A stretch of DNA of 64,000 nt from Verrucomicrobiales bacterium. GTDB taxonomy: Bacteria; Verrucomicrobiota; Verrucomicrobiia; Verrucomicrobiales; V1-33. The stretch spans positions 200,357 to 264,356 of the forward strand of contig JBPCQC010000019.1 in NCBI GenBank assembly GCA_050998515.1. Reading direction: 5' to 3'. The translations under genes were made by a program, and so were the position numbers. The notes beneath the pieces are model-generated. The model was not told the DNA's origin. It was given only the letters and a program-made list of their open reading frames with translations, and did not search any database. Of the stretch, positions 19,747-28,670 are shown in pieces. The number at the start of each line of letters is the position of its first letter. Within the stretch, counting starts at the first letter, position 1.

Positions 19747-21102
19747 ATGAGCCAGCCTCGAGACAACATCGCGTCTCCGCCGATTGGGGAAGTTTCCCAG
19801 TTGGCGGAGCATTTCTTTCGCCATGAAACTGGAATGCTAATTTCCGTGCTGACGAGGATTTTCGGCATTGACCGCCTCCAACTGGCCGAGGACGTGGTGC
19901 AGGAGGCCCTGTTGCGGGCGCTGCAGACGTGGCCGTTCTATGGCATTCCGAAAAACCCTGCCGCCTGGATCACGCAGACGGCGAAACATCTCGCCTTGGA
20001 TTTGATTCGGCGGGAAAAGCGGTTCCGCGGCAAGCAGCCGGAAGTTGCCGCGTTGATCGAGCAGCGGTCCGCGACTTCCGCCGCTGAGCAGGCGCCGCAA
20101 TTCGAAACAGAACTCAAGGACGACAGTCTGCGCCTGATGTTTGCGTGCTGTCATCCCCTGCTTCCTCAAGAGGCGCAAACGGCGCTTGCACTGAAGACGC
20201 TCTGCGGATTCAACATCGCGGAAATTGCGCGAGCGTTCCTTACGACTGAAGCAGCCATCGCCAAGCGACTCACGCGAGCTAAAGAGAAAATCCGCGAATT
20301 GCAGATTGAGTTCGAAATTCCATGCGGCGAGGATCTCGCGCCTCGCCTCGACGGCGTGCTGCAAACTCTCTATTTATTGTTTAACGAAGGGTATAAGGCA
20401 TCAAGCGGGGACAGTCTGGTGAGATCGGAGTTGTGTCATGAAGCCATCCGCCTTGGCCTCTTGCTCGCGGAGCATCCGGCTACCAACCAATCGCGCAGTC
20501 AGGCTTTGCTCGCGCTGATGTTGCTGAACGCGGCGCGATTGCCCGCGCGCATGGATACAGACGGGAATATCCTTCGCCTCAAAGACCAGGACCGTTCGTG
20601 TTGGAACCGGGCGATGATCGAGCGCGGGCTCTTGCACCTCGCGAAATCGGCAACCGGTGACGACTTAAGTGAATATCACCTGCAGGCCGCCATCGCCGCC
20701 TGCCACTCGGCGGCCACCGATTACCAATCGACCGATTGGCCACGGATACTCGCCTTTTATGACCAATTGGCGTGTTTGGACGGCTCGCCGGTGGTCGCTC
20801 TCAATCGAGCCGTGGCGGTCGCGAATGTGCATGGTGCCAGAGCGGGCATTGCCACGATCGAGGCAATTCAATATCCGAAACAGTTGGATTCATATTACCT
20901 CCTCTATGCGGTGCTGGCCGAATTCGAGACCCAACTCAAGAATTTCCCCGCCGCCGCGAGACATCTTCGAAAGGCGCTTCAACTCATCGACCTTAAGTCA
21001 GAGCAATCATTCTTGTCGAAAAAACTCCTGGCCTGTGAAGCACAGGAGTCCGCCGTAGTGCACGCGAATGGGAATCCAGGCAAGGAGCCGAGTTTGTTAT
21101 GA
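19747..21102 (+). CDS. ECF-type RNA polymerase sigma-70 factor with long C-terminal extension
   Basis: 451 aa. Sigma region 2 (DVVQEALLRALQTWPFYG) and region 4 (LKTLCGFNIAEIARAFLTTEAAIAKRLTRAKEKI) are present. A ~250-aa C-terminal domain follows, as in the YciI-associated ECF group. Confidence 0.8.
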   Translation: MSQPRDNIASPPIGEVSQLAEHFFRHETGMLISVLTRIFGIDRLQLAEDVVQEALLRALQTWPFYGIPKNPAAWITQTAKHLALDLIRREKRFRGKQPEVAALIEQRSATSAAEQAPQFETELKDDSLRLMFACCHPLLPQEAQTALALKTLCGFNIAEIARAFLTTEAAIAKRLTRAKEKIRELQIEFEIPCGEDLAPRLDGVLQTLYLLFNEGYKASSGDSLVRSELCHEAIRLGLLLAEHPATNQSRSQALLALMLLNAARLPARMDTDGNILRLKDQDRSCWNRAMIERGLLHLAKSATGDDLSEYHLQAAIAACHSAATDYQSTDWPRILAFYDQLACLDGSPVVALNRAVAVANVHGARAGIATIEAIQYPKQLDSYYLLYAVLAEFETQLKNFPAAARHLRKALQLIDLKSEQSFLSKKLLACEAQESAVVHANGNPGKEPSLL

Positions 21103-21571
21103 GCCGGCATCGCACGAAACACAAGTGGCCGCCTTGATTGTTCCTGTGAACTCATGCGGTAATCCCCCTTCCGGATGGAACCCTAATCGATTTCGTGTCA
21201 CCATAGGGGAATGCGATTTTTCGAGATTATTAGTGGCAAACGTCCTCTGCTCGAGTGCAAGGGAGAATTGTTTGTCAAAGCCACTTACGGGGTGATTTCG
21301 CGACCTGGCGAACCCGGGCCCATCTCGCTTGCGACATTTTCACAGCAGGGGGAGATCCATTCAAACATGACCCCTCTTCCGACCTCCTGTGCGCGCCACC
21401 GGGTGGTTCCTGTCATTTGATCCGGTTGCGCGAAAAATCCTGGACGGGCTCGGATTTTGTGAGACTGCAGAACACTGTGACAGGATTTCGGTTTTGCACC
21501 GAACGTGTAGTTGAAGTTGCGCGTCGTGAACGGTGGACGAATTTTTGTGTTCGTGCGGTTAAGCTCTCGGC

Positions 21572-21808
21572 ATGAGCGCGCTTTTTGAAGAACTCGTTAT
21601 CAAAGCCCGGTAACTCAATTCGCACGAGATTCGTGCCTTGATCGACAAAATGATTGATTGCCTTCCTGAAGACGAGGAGGTCACCGACGAACCCATTCTC
21701 GGTCTGGCCAGGCGACGAATCCGGGAGATGGACCACGGCATGGTCAGCTCGGGCAGTCACGAAGAAATGATGGCTTGGCTGCGGGCGAAGCTGGAATGCT
21801 CCCAGTAA
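21572..21808 (+). pseudogene. Addiction-module antitoxin gene with an in-frame TAA at codon 14
   Basis: Reads MSALFEELVIKAR*LNSHEIRALIDKMIDCLPEDEEVTDEPILGLARRRIREMDHGMVSSGSHEEMMAWLRAKLECSQ. It is a single frame of 78 codons, with TAA at 21611-21613. Confidence 0.5.
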
Positions 21809-21927
21809 TTCGCCACTTGCAAGTCGAGTGCGATCTCGAAGAAGGCCACAACTTCTGAAGCGGAGCGCAGGAAGGCCTGGGATTCAGGGGCCCGGGTTTC
21901 TACTTGTCCGAAGGAGTCCAGACCGCG
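21796..21927 (+). pseudogene. RelE/ParE-like toxin relic (in-frame TGA, 3' part replaced)
   Basis: ATG at 21796 overlaps the antitoxin 3' end. Reads MLPVIRHLQVECDLEEGHNF*SGAQEGLGFRG..., resembling the ParE/RelE N-terminal pattern (HPxAxxDLxEAxxWYExxxxGLGxxF). There is a TGA at 21856-21858. The frame runs on into the DUF1592 ORF. Confidence 0.4.
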
Positions 21928-24336
21928 ATGGTGCTGGTTGTTGTGAAACGGCCGACTCCAAGTCAGCGTTGTGTCGATGCGGCAAAGGTTTGCTGGGGAA
22001 TTCGTTTCCTCTTTTGCTCGCTCCTGATGGGCGTGGCTTTGAACTCTGCGATTGCGCAACAATCATCCTCTTCGCTGGATGCGCCGATTCATTCGTTCGT
22101 GGGCAAGTATTGCGCCGATTGCCACGACAATGAATCGAAGAAGGGCGGCCTTGATCTCGTTAGCATCAGCCACAGCGGAATTTCCGGGCATTCGGATGAG
22201 TGGGAGCGTGTTATCCGCAAACTGCGGACGCGGCAGATGCCGCCCATTGGAAAGGATCGGCCGCCGGATCAGACCTACGATGAAGTCGTGGATAATCTCT
22301 CATCGTCACTCGATCGCGCGGCGGCGCAGAATCCAAACCCGGGGCGGACCGAAACTTTTCGTCGCCTCAATCCGACCGAATACCAAAACGCCATTCGCGA
22401 TCTTCTGGCGCTCGACATTGATGCCACCGCGCTGTTGCCAAAGGACGATCCGAGTCACGGCTTCGACAATGTGGCCGTCGCAAATCTTTCACCGACACTT
22501 TTGAATCGTTATATCTCAGCGGCCGGGAAAATCAGTCGACTGGCAGTCGGCGCGCCGGTGCGGGCGCCCGGTGGTGATACGTTCCGCATGCGTGCGGACC
22601 TCACGCAGGAAGAGCATGTCGAGGGGCTGCCGTTGGGCACGCGCGGCGGTGCGCTGCTTCCCTACACGTTTCCGCGCGGTGGGGAATATGAAATCCAGAT
22701 TCGCCTGACCCGCGACCGCAACGAGCACGTTGAAGGCTTGCACGAGCCGCACGAGCTGGAAGTGCTGCTGGATCGCGAGCGCGTGCAACTCTTTACCGTG
22801 GCACCTCCGGGGGCTGGCAAAGATTTCGAAAAGGTGGATGCGCATCTGAAAGTACGCGTGCCTGTGACCGCGGGGCCGCATGAGCTCGGTGTGACGTTCC
22901 TGAAGAATCCTTCGTCACTCCTCGAGACCAGGCGCCAGCCCTATCTGGCTCGTTACAACATGCACCGGCATCCGCGCCTCGGGCCGGCCATCTACCAGAT
23001 TTCGATCAACGGTCCTTACGGCTCGGAAAATGCGGGAGACTCGCCGAGCCGCCGACGGATTTTTGTGAGTCAGCCGACGGCTCCAAACGACGAGAATGAA
23101 TGCGCCGAACGGATTCTCTCGACACTGATGCGGCGAGCCTATCGCCGGCCGGTGACCGGCGTGAATCTCGAAAGGCCGATGGAGTTCTATCGCAAGACAA
23201 GAGCGGACGATGGTTTCGAGGCGGGGATCGAGGCAGCGTTGAGTGCGGTGCTGGTCAGTCCTGAATTTCTTTTCCGCATCGAGCAAGACCCGACCGGCGT
23301 CCCGCCGAACGCCGCATATAAGATCGGCGATTTGGCGCTGGCGTCACGCCTCTCGTTTTTCCTTTGGAGCAGTATCCCGGACGATGAGCTGCTCGGAAGC
23401 GCGGAGGAGGGCAGGCTTCACGAGGCGAGCGTGCTCGAAAAACAAGTGCGCCGGATGCTCGCCGATTCCCGCTCCCAGAATCTGGTCCGCAATTTTGCCG
23501 GACAATGGCTGCACTTGCGCAACCTGGATTCAATCACCCCCGACCTGAGGCTCTTTCCCGAGTTTGACGACAACCTTCGACAGGCGTTCCGCCGCGAAAC
23601 AGAACTGCATCTCGAGGCTGTGCTGCGCGAAGACCGCAGTGTGCTCGATCTCCTGAAGGCGGACTACACGTTTCTGAACGAGCGGCTCGCGAAGCATTAC
23701 GGGATTCCAAACGTGCAGGGCAGCCGCTTCCGGCGTGTCAACCTGGACCAAAACGGCGAACGAGGCGGCTTGCTTCGGCAAGGCAGCATTCTCACCGTCA
23801 CGTCGTATGCAACTCGAACGTCGCCAGTGATTCGTGGCAAGTGGGTGCTCGATAACCTCCTCGGAGCACCGCCACCGCCGCCGTTGCCTGACGTTCCCGC
23901 GCTCAAAGATAACACCGTCTCCGCCACTTTGTCCGTGCGCGAGCGACTGGCCGAGCATCGCGCCAATGCCGCCTGTGCGAGTTGCCATAATATGATGGAT
24001 CCAATTGGCTTTTCGCTGGAAAACTTCGACGCAGTCGGGCGTTGGCGAACTCTCGAAGAAGGCAAACCGGTGGATGCTTCGGGCGGACTTCCCGATGGCA
24101 GCGAGTTTGCGGGCGTTGCCGGCTTGGAGGCGGGCTTGCTCAAGCGTCCTGAGGTTTTCGTCGGCACCTTGACTGAAAAATTGCTTACCTTTGCCCTGGG
24201 CCGCGGCGTCGAACACTACGATGGTCCGGCCATCCGAAAAATCGTGCGTGACGCACAGGCGCAAGACTATCGCCTCTCAGCAATTATCGTTGGAGTAACC
24301 CAGAGCACACCATTTACCATGAGGAAATCATTATGA
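21928..24336 (+). CDS. DUF1592/DUF1588/DUF1595-type protein with planctomycete-cytochrome-c-like CxxCH motifs (PSD1-like)
   Basis: ~800 aa. The start is uncertain (ATG at 21928 chosen; the h-region IRFLFCSLLMGVALNSAIA follows). The N-terminal motif is YCADCHDNESKKGGLDL and the C-terminal motif is CASCHNMMDPIGF. It shows the classic translational overlap (ATGA) with a DUF1552 gene. Confidence 0.8.
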   Translation: MVLVVVKRPTPSQRCVDAAKVCWGIRFLFCSLLMGVALNSAIAQQSSSSLDAPIHSFVGKYCADCHDNESKKGGLDLVSISHSGISGHSDEWERVIRKLRTRQMPPIGKDRPPDQTYDEVVDNLSSSLDRAAAQNPNPGRTETFRRLNPTEYQNAIRDLLALDIDATALLPKDDPSHGFDNVAVANLSPTLLNRYISAAGKISRLAVGAPVRAPGGDTFRMRADLTQEEHVEGLPLGTRGGALLPYTFPRGGEYEIQIRLTRDRNEHVEGLHEPHELEVLLDRERVQLFTVAPPGAGKDFEKVDAHLKVRVPVTAGPHELGVTFLKNPSSLLETRRQPYLARYNMHRHPRLGPAIYQISINGPYGSENAGDSPSRRRIFVSQPTAPNDENECAERILSTLMRRAYRRPVTGVNLERPMEFYRKTRADDGFEAGIEAALSAVLVSPEFLFRIEQDPTGVPPNAAYKIGDLALASRLSFFLWSSIPDDELLGSAEEGRLHEASVLEKQVRRMLADSRSQNLVRNFAGQWLHLRNLDSITPDLRLFPEFDDNLRQAFRRETELHLEAVLREDRSVLDLLKADYTFLNERLAKHYGIPNVQGSRFRRVNLDQNGERGGLLRQGSILTVTSYATRTSPVIRGKWVLDNLLGAPPPPPLPDVPALKDNTVSATLSVRERLAEHRANAACASCHNMMDPIGFSLENFDAVGRWRTLEEGKPVDASGGLPDGSEFAGVAGLEAGLLKRPEVFVGTLTEKLLTFALGRGVEHYDGPAIRKIVRDAQAQDYRLSAIIVGVTQSTPFTMRKSL

Positions 24337-25673
24337 TCATCACCAAAAGAGCTCTTCCGCGACGCACTTTTCTGCGCGGCATGGGCGCCACACTCGCGCT
24401 GCCGCTGCTGGATGCCATGATTCCCGCCGCCACCGCTTGGGCGAAGACACCGGCCAAACCTGTACGCCGGCTTGGTTTTGTCTTCATGCCCATGGGCTGC
24501 GACATCACGCGGTGGACTCCGCCCGGCGACACGCTCGATGAGCTCTCACCCATCCTCAGTTCGCTCGCCCCGGTGCGGGAGCACGTCACGTGCATCACGA
24601 ATCTCGAGTTACAAAACGCCTACCCCGGCAGCCATGCCACCTCGAACTCCGCCTTCCTCAGCGCTGCCAAGGCGAAATTGACGGAAAGCACGGACTACTA
24701 CCTGGGAACCACCGTCGATCAGATCGCCGCTCAGAGAATCGGTCAGGGGACGCAATTGCCGTCACTCGAGCTCGCGATGGATCTGCTCCAGGTTGTGGGC
24801 CAGTGCGACAACGGGTACGCCTGCGTTTACCAAAACAATCTGTCGTGGTCGTCGCCGACGACGCCGCTGCCGGCGGAGGCGCATCCGCGAATCGTTTTTG
24901 AAAGCTTGTTCGGCGAAGGCGGCAGCATCGACGAGCGCCGCGCCGCACTTCGAAAAAGGGCGAGCCTGCTCGATTCGTTCAATGACGATATCAGCCGGCT
25001 TCAACACAACCTCGGTCCCAGTGATCGGGCCAAGGTCAGCCATTACCTCGAGACCGTCCGCGAAGTCGAACGCCGCATTCAGAAGGCCGAGGGCGATACG
25101 GCGGACAATCCGCTGCCGGATCTGGATCGGCCGGTGGGCGTGCCGGCCGCTTACGCCGATCATGCGCGATTGATGTTCGACCTGCAGGTCCTGGCGCTGC
25201 AAGGCGATGTCACCCGCGTCATCACTTTCCAACTCGCGCGCGAAACGAGCAATCGCACGTATCCCGAGATCGGCGTCCCCGATCCGCACCACCCGCTCTC
25301 GCATCACGGCAACGACCCGGAAAAGATCGCGCGCATGGCGAAGATCAACCAGTTCCATGTGTCGCTGTTCGCCGAGTTCCTCGGGAAATTAAAGGCCACG
25401 CCGGAAGGGAACGGAACCTTGCTCGACCATTCGCTCTATCTTTACGGTAGTGGCATCGGCAATCCCAACATTCATGACCATACGAACCTGCCGATCCTTG
25501 TCGCGGGCGGCGCCGCAACCGGAATAAAAGGCGGTCGTCACATCAAATACGACAAGCCAACGCCGCTAGCCAATCTCCATCTCACCCTCCTCGACAAAGT
25601 CGGCGTTCACCTCGATTCGTTTGCCGATAGCAACGGCAAAATGGATAAGTTGTTTGAGCCGCTGGGGATTTGA
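24333..25673 (+). CDS. DUF1552-domain protein (Tat signal)
   Basis: 446 aa, MIITKRALPRRTFLRGMGATLALPLLDAM. This is the typical DUF1552 N-terminus. It is the partner of the DUF1592 protein. Confidence 0.85.
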   Translation: MIITKRALPRRTFLRGMGATLALPLLDAMIPAATAWAKTPAKPVRRLGFVFMPMGCDITRWTPPGDTLDELSPILSSLAPVREHVTCITNLELQNAYPGSHATSNSAFLSAAKAKLTESTDYYLGTTVDQIAAQRIGQGTQLPSLELAMDLLQVVGQCDNGYACVYQNNLSWSSPTTPLPAEAHPRIVFESLFGEGGSIDERRAALRKRASLLDSFNDDISRLQHNLGPSDRAKVSHYLETVREVERRIQKAEGDTADNPLPDLDRPVGVPAAYADHARLMFDLQVLALQGDVTRVITFQLARETSNRTYPEIGVPDPHHPLSHHGNDPEKIARMAKINQFHVSLFAEFLGKLKATPEGNGTLLDHSLYLYGSGIGNPNIHDHTNLPILVAGGAATGIKGGRHIKYDKPTPLANLHLTLLDKVGVHLDSFADSNGKMDKLFEPLGI

Positions 25674-25734
25674 TAGCTGTCAGGGCATGGAGTTCGCGCT
25701 GAATTTCATCAAAAGCAACGCCTGCAATCACCCC

Positions 25735-26001
25735 ATGAGCGAACTCGAACGAGTCACCATCAATCCCAACCAGTGCGGCGGGCGCCCATGCATCCGTGGC
25801 ATGCGCATTCGCGTCAAAGACGTGCTCGACATGCTGGCCGGTGGCGCGACGCAGGAGGAGATCCTTGCCGACTTTCCCGACCTTGAAGCCGGTGACATTC
25901 GCGCGTGTATTGGCTATGCCGCGCGCTATCTCGACCATGCAGTTCTCGTTACCGAAACCACAGATGAAACTGAGTTGGATTGTTCGTTCGCGAACGTGTG
26001 A
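25735..26001 (+). CDS. DUF433-domain protein (antitoxin-like)
   Basis: MSELERVTINPNQCGGRPCIRGMRIRVKDVLDMLAGGATQEEILADFPDLEAGDIRACIGYAA, a DUF433 signature. An alternative start at 25687 is possible. No intact DUF5615/PIN-like partner follows. Confidence 0.7.
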   Translation: MSELERVTINPNQCGGRPCIRGMRIRVKDVLDMLAGGATQEEILADFPDLEAGDIRACIGYAARYLDHAVLVTETTDETELDCSFANV

Positions 26002-27547
26002 ACTACCAGGAAGCCGGAAGTATGTCGGTGCGCGTAGGAAACGAATTGGCGCACTCGGGCTGGCACTGTTGCTGGCGGTTTCCAGTCTCGCGGCCAGCAA
26101 GTCACCGCTCGCCGACGCCGCCGAGAAATCAGATCGCGCAATCATCCGCGCGCTTCTCAAACAACAGGCTGATGTGAACGCGCCGCAGGCCGATGGCATG
26201 ACCGCGCTGCACTGGGCGGCATACCTCGATGATCTCGAAACCGCGAATCTCCTCGCCGAAGCTAACGCGGACGTCAAGGCGACGAACCGTTATGGCGTAA
26301 CGCCGCTTTCTCTTGCCTGCCAAAACGGGAACGCGGCGATGGCCGAACTTCTTCTCGAACGCGGCGCTGACCCAAACACCACTCTGCGCGGCGGCGAAAC
26401 CGTACTAATGACCGCGGCGCGCACGGGCAAGGTCGGCCCGGTAAAGGCACTGCTATCGCGCGGCGCAACCGTTGACGCCAAAGAACGACGCGGACAGACT
26501 GCGTTGATGTGGGCGGCAGCGGACGGGCATGCCGCCGTGGTTGAATTGTTGCTTAACGCCGGTGCGGAGTATCTCGCACCGTTAACCGACTCGGGCTTTA
26601 CGCCGTTGTTCTTTGCCGCGCGCGACGGCCGGACTGATGTTGTTCGCGCCTTGTTGAATGCGGGAGTGGACGTGAACGAGGCCATGCAGCCCCGCAAGTC
26701 TTCGGGCAAAGGCCCGAGGAAGGGAACCAGCGCGTTGATTCTCGCGGTCGAGAACGGTCATTTCGATCTTGCACTGGAACTGATCGAAGCGGGGGCTGAT
26801 CTGAATGACCAGCGTCCGGAATTCACCGCGCTTCACGTGATGACCTGGGTTCGCAAACCGCAGCGCGGCGAAGACGACGGTGATCCAGCTCCATTGGGGT
26901 CAGGCAATTTGAGCAGCGTCGAATTCATCAGGAAGCTGGTCCAGCGCGGCGCGGATGTGAATGCGCAGTTGAAGAATGGCAAGGGTGGGCCGGGTCTATA
27001 CAACAAGCTCGGCGCAACACCTTTCCTGATGGCCGCCGCAACTGCGGACACCGTTTACATGCGCTTGCTGGTCGAGTTGGGTGCCAAACCGTTGCTGGGG
27101 AATGTCGATAACTGCACGCCGCTCATGGTCGCGTGCGGAATCGGGGTCGGGTCTGCCGCCGCGAATGAAACAGCCGGAGAGGAGCCTGAAGTGCTCGAAG
27201 CAGCGCAATTGGCCCTGGATCTCGGCGTTGATGTGAATGCGGTCGATGCCAACGGCGAAACCGCCATGCACGGCGCAGCCTACAAGAATCTCCCGAAGGT
27301 GGTGCAGTTCCTGGCCGATAAGGGAGCGAAGGTCGAGATTTGGAACCGAAAGAACAAGTATGGCTGGACACCATTATTGATCGCGGAGGGCCACCGACCT
27401 GGAAACTTCAAGCCATCGTTCGAAACGATCGCCGCGCTCCACCGTGTCATGCAAGCCGCGGGCGTGACACCGCCATCCGCCACACCACCCGCATCCGCCA
27501 AACGCGACGGGTATCCGGCCGACGGAGGAAAAAAATCCGCGCCTTGA
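25964..27547 (+). CDS. Secreted ankyrin-repeat protein
   Basis: The hydrophobic signal is RKRIGALGLALLLAVSSLAA. At least 9 ankyrin repeats follow (GMTALHWAAY..., GVTPLSLACQNGN..., GQTALMWAAADGH..., and others). The start codon is uncertain (ATG at 25964, overlapping the DUF433 3' end). Confidence 0.8.
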   Translation: MKLSWIVRSRTCELPGSRKYVGARRKRIGALGLALLLAVSSLAASKSPLADAAEKSDRAIIRALLKQQADVNAPQADGMTALHWAAYLDDLETANLLAEANADVKATNRYGVTPLSLACQNGNAAMAELLLERGADPNTTLRGGETVLMTAARTGKVGPVKALLSRGATVDAKERRGQTALMWAAADGHAAVVELLLNAGAEYLAPLTDSGFTPLFFAARDGRTDVVRALLNAGVDVNEAMQPRKSSGKGPRKGTSALILAVENGHFDLALELIEAGADLNDQRPEFTALHVMTWVRKPQRGEDDGDPAPLGSGNLSSVEFIRKLVQRGADVNAQLKNGKGGPGLYNKLGATPFLMAAATADTVYMRLLVELGAKPLLGNVDNCTPLMVACGIGVGSAAANETAGEEPEVLEAAQLALDLGVDVNAVDANGETAMHGAAYKNLPKVVQFLADKGAKVEIWNRKNKYGWTPLLIAEGHRPGNFKPSFETIAALHRVMQAAGVTPPSATPPASAKRDGYPADGGKKSAP

Positions 27548-27647
27548 AGTTCAAAGATCGCGTTATCTCGACCACTGGTCAGCGCTGACCAATGCTAATG
27601 TCGTTCTAAGATCGAGTGCAATTTTAGTGATGCGAGTGATTCGTCCC

Positions 27648-27719
27648 GTCGCTGAAATGACGTGGCAGCGACACTCCTGTCGCTGAGCCGTATTCAGTCA
27701 GCGACAAGAGTGTCGCTGC
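27648..27719. promoter_or_regulatory. Array of five alternating GTCGCTG / CAGCGAC heptamers, forming two CAGCGAC-N6-GTCGCTG palindromes and a 21/22-bp hairpin
   Basis: GTCGCTG occurs at 27648, 27679 and 27712. CAGCGAC occurs at 27666 and 27699. Arms 27665-27686 and 27698-27719 are reverse complements with one mismatch. The array lies ~70 nt upstream of the DUF1080 start. A related 14-bp perfect palindrome, GGTCAGCGCTGACC, sits at 27577-27590. Confidence 0.45.
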
Positions 27720-27789
27720 TACACAACGCCGTGCGTACTGATAAACATTGGGATTTGACGCGGGGCAGTGGTCGATTCAACCTCAACGC

Positions 27790-28632
27790 ATGAAGCCCGT
27801 TTCGAATCACATTTTCTCTTCCCGTGGAGCATCAAGACGCGCTGCTGTTTCAATGACCGTGCTTATCGCGATGGCGGTGGGGACTTTCTCGGTTCTGCGT
27901 GCCGCAGAACCAAAATTCCAAGCGGCGTGGCGACCGCTGCCGTTGATCGCTGAGGGAAAAATAGACCCGGGTTGGATGCCTATCGGCTGGGGTGGTTTCG
28001 TTGTTGATGATGGTGCGCTGCGAACGGAGTGCGATCCCAAGGGACTTGGATTGCTGGTTTATAAAAAGGAGCGCTTGGGGAACTGTCAGCTCCGCGTCGT
28101 TTTTAAGACAAAAGACGCCAGGTCAAACTCCGGGTTTTATGTGCGGATTGCAGACGGGATTCTGGATCAAGCCAAAACCCCGGGCGCGGCGTTTGATCGC
28201 GACACGGCTGGAAAGACTTCACCAGAGTCCATGCAGAAGATGAAGGAATCGGGCGAACGCGAAGAGGGACCGTGGTTCGCCGTGCACCGCGGGTACGAAG
28301 TTCAGATCGCCGGTGACTCGCCTCATGGCACCGGCGCCATTTATTCGCTCGCCACCGCATCCGGTGTGCCAAAAAAAGCGCCTGGCGAATGGAGAACGAT
28401 GATTGTTACGCTCGCCGGCAATCGCATCTTCGTGGACCTCGATGGGCAACGGATCACCAGTTTTGATCCGGCAAGTCCCGAGCTGCCGCCGCGAAAGCAA
28501 TGGCACGAGCCGAAACGCGAGCCGAAGCGGCCCGAATCCGGCTACATCGGCTTGCAAACCCACGACCCGGGTGACGTCGTCTGGTTCAAGGAAGTCAGCG
28601 TCCGGCCATTGACGCCTGCCAGCGCGAAGTGA
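27790..28632 (+). CDS. DUF1080 (3-keto-disaccharide hydrolase-like) domain protein
   Basis: ATG at 27790. It has a signal/TM segment (AAVSMTVLIAMAVGTFSVLRA). The motifs NSGFYVRI, YEVQI, GAIYSLA and GYIGLQTHDPGDVVWFKEV are typical of DUF1080. Confidence 0.75.
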   Translation: MKPVSNHIFSSRGASRRAAVSMTVLIAMAVGTFSVLRAAEPKFQAAWRPLPLIAEGKIDPGWMPIGWGGFVVDDGALRTECDPKGLGLLVYKKERLGNCQLRVVFKTKDARSNSGFYVRIADGILDQAKTPGAAFDRDTAGKTSPESMQKMKESGEREEGPWFAVHRGYEVQIAGDSPHGTGAIYSLATASGVPKKAPGEWRTMIVTLAGNRIFVDLDGQRITSFDPASPELPPRKQWHEPKREPKRPESGYIGLQTHDPGDVVWFKEVSVRPLTPASAK

Positions 28633-28670
28633 TTGCCTGATACCGCCTGGAGCAAATTGTGGCCGCGCGC

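Noticed and set aside
10420-21858. Stop-codon recoding (pyrrolysine, selenocysteine or reassignment) as an explanation for the in-frame TAG (10420), TAA (21611) and TGA (21856).
   Set aside because: Three different stop codons are involved. All other genes in the window terminate normally at TAA, TAG or TGA. No pyl or sel genes and no obvious SECIS-like hairpin are visible. Pseudogenisation or sequence error is the simpler explanation.
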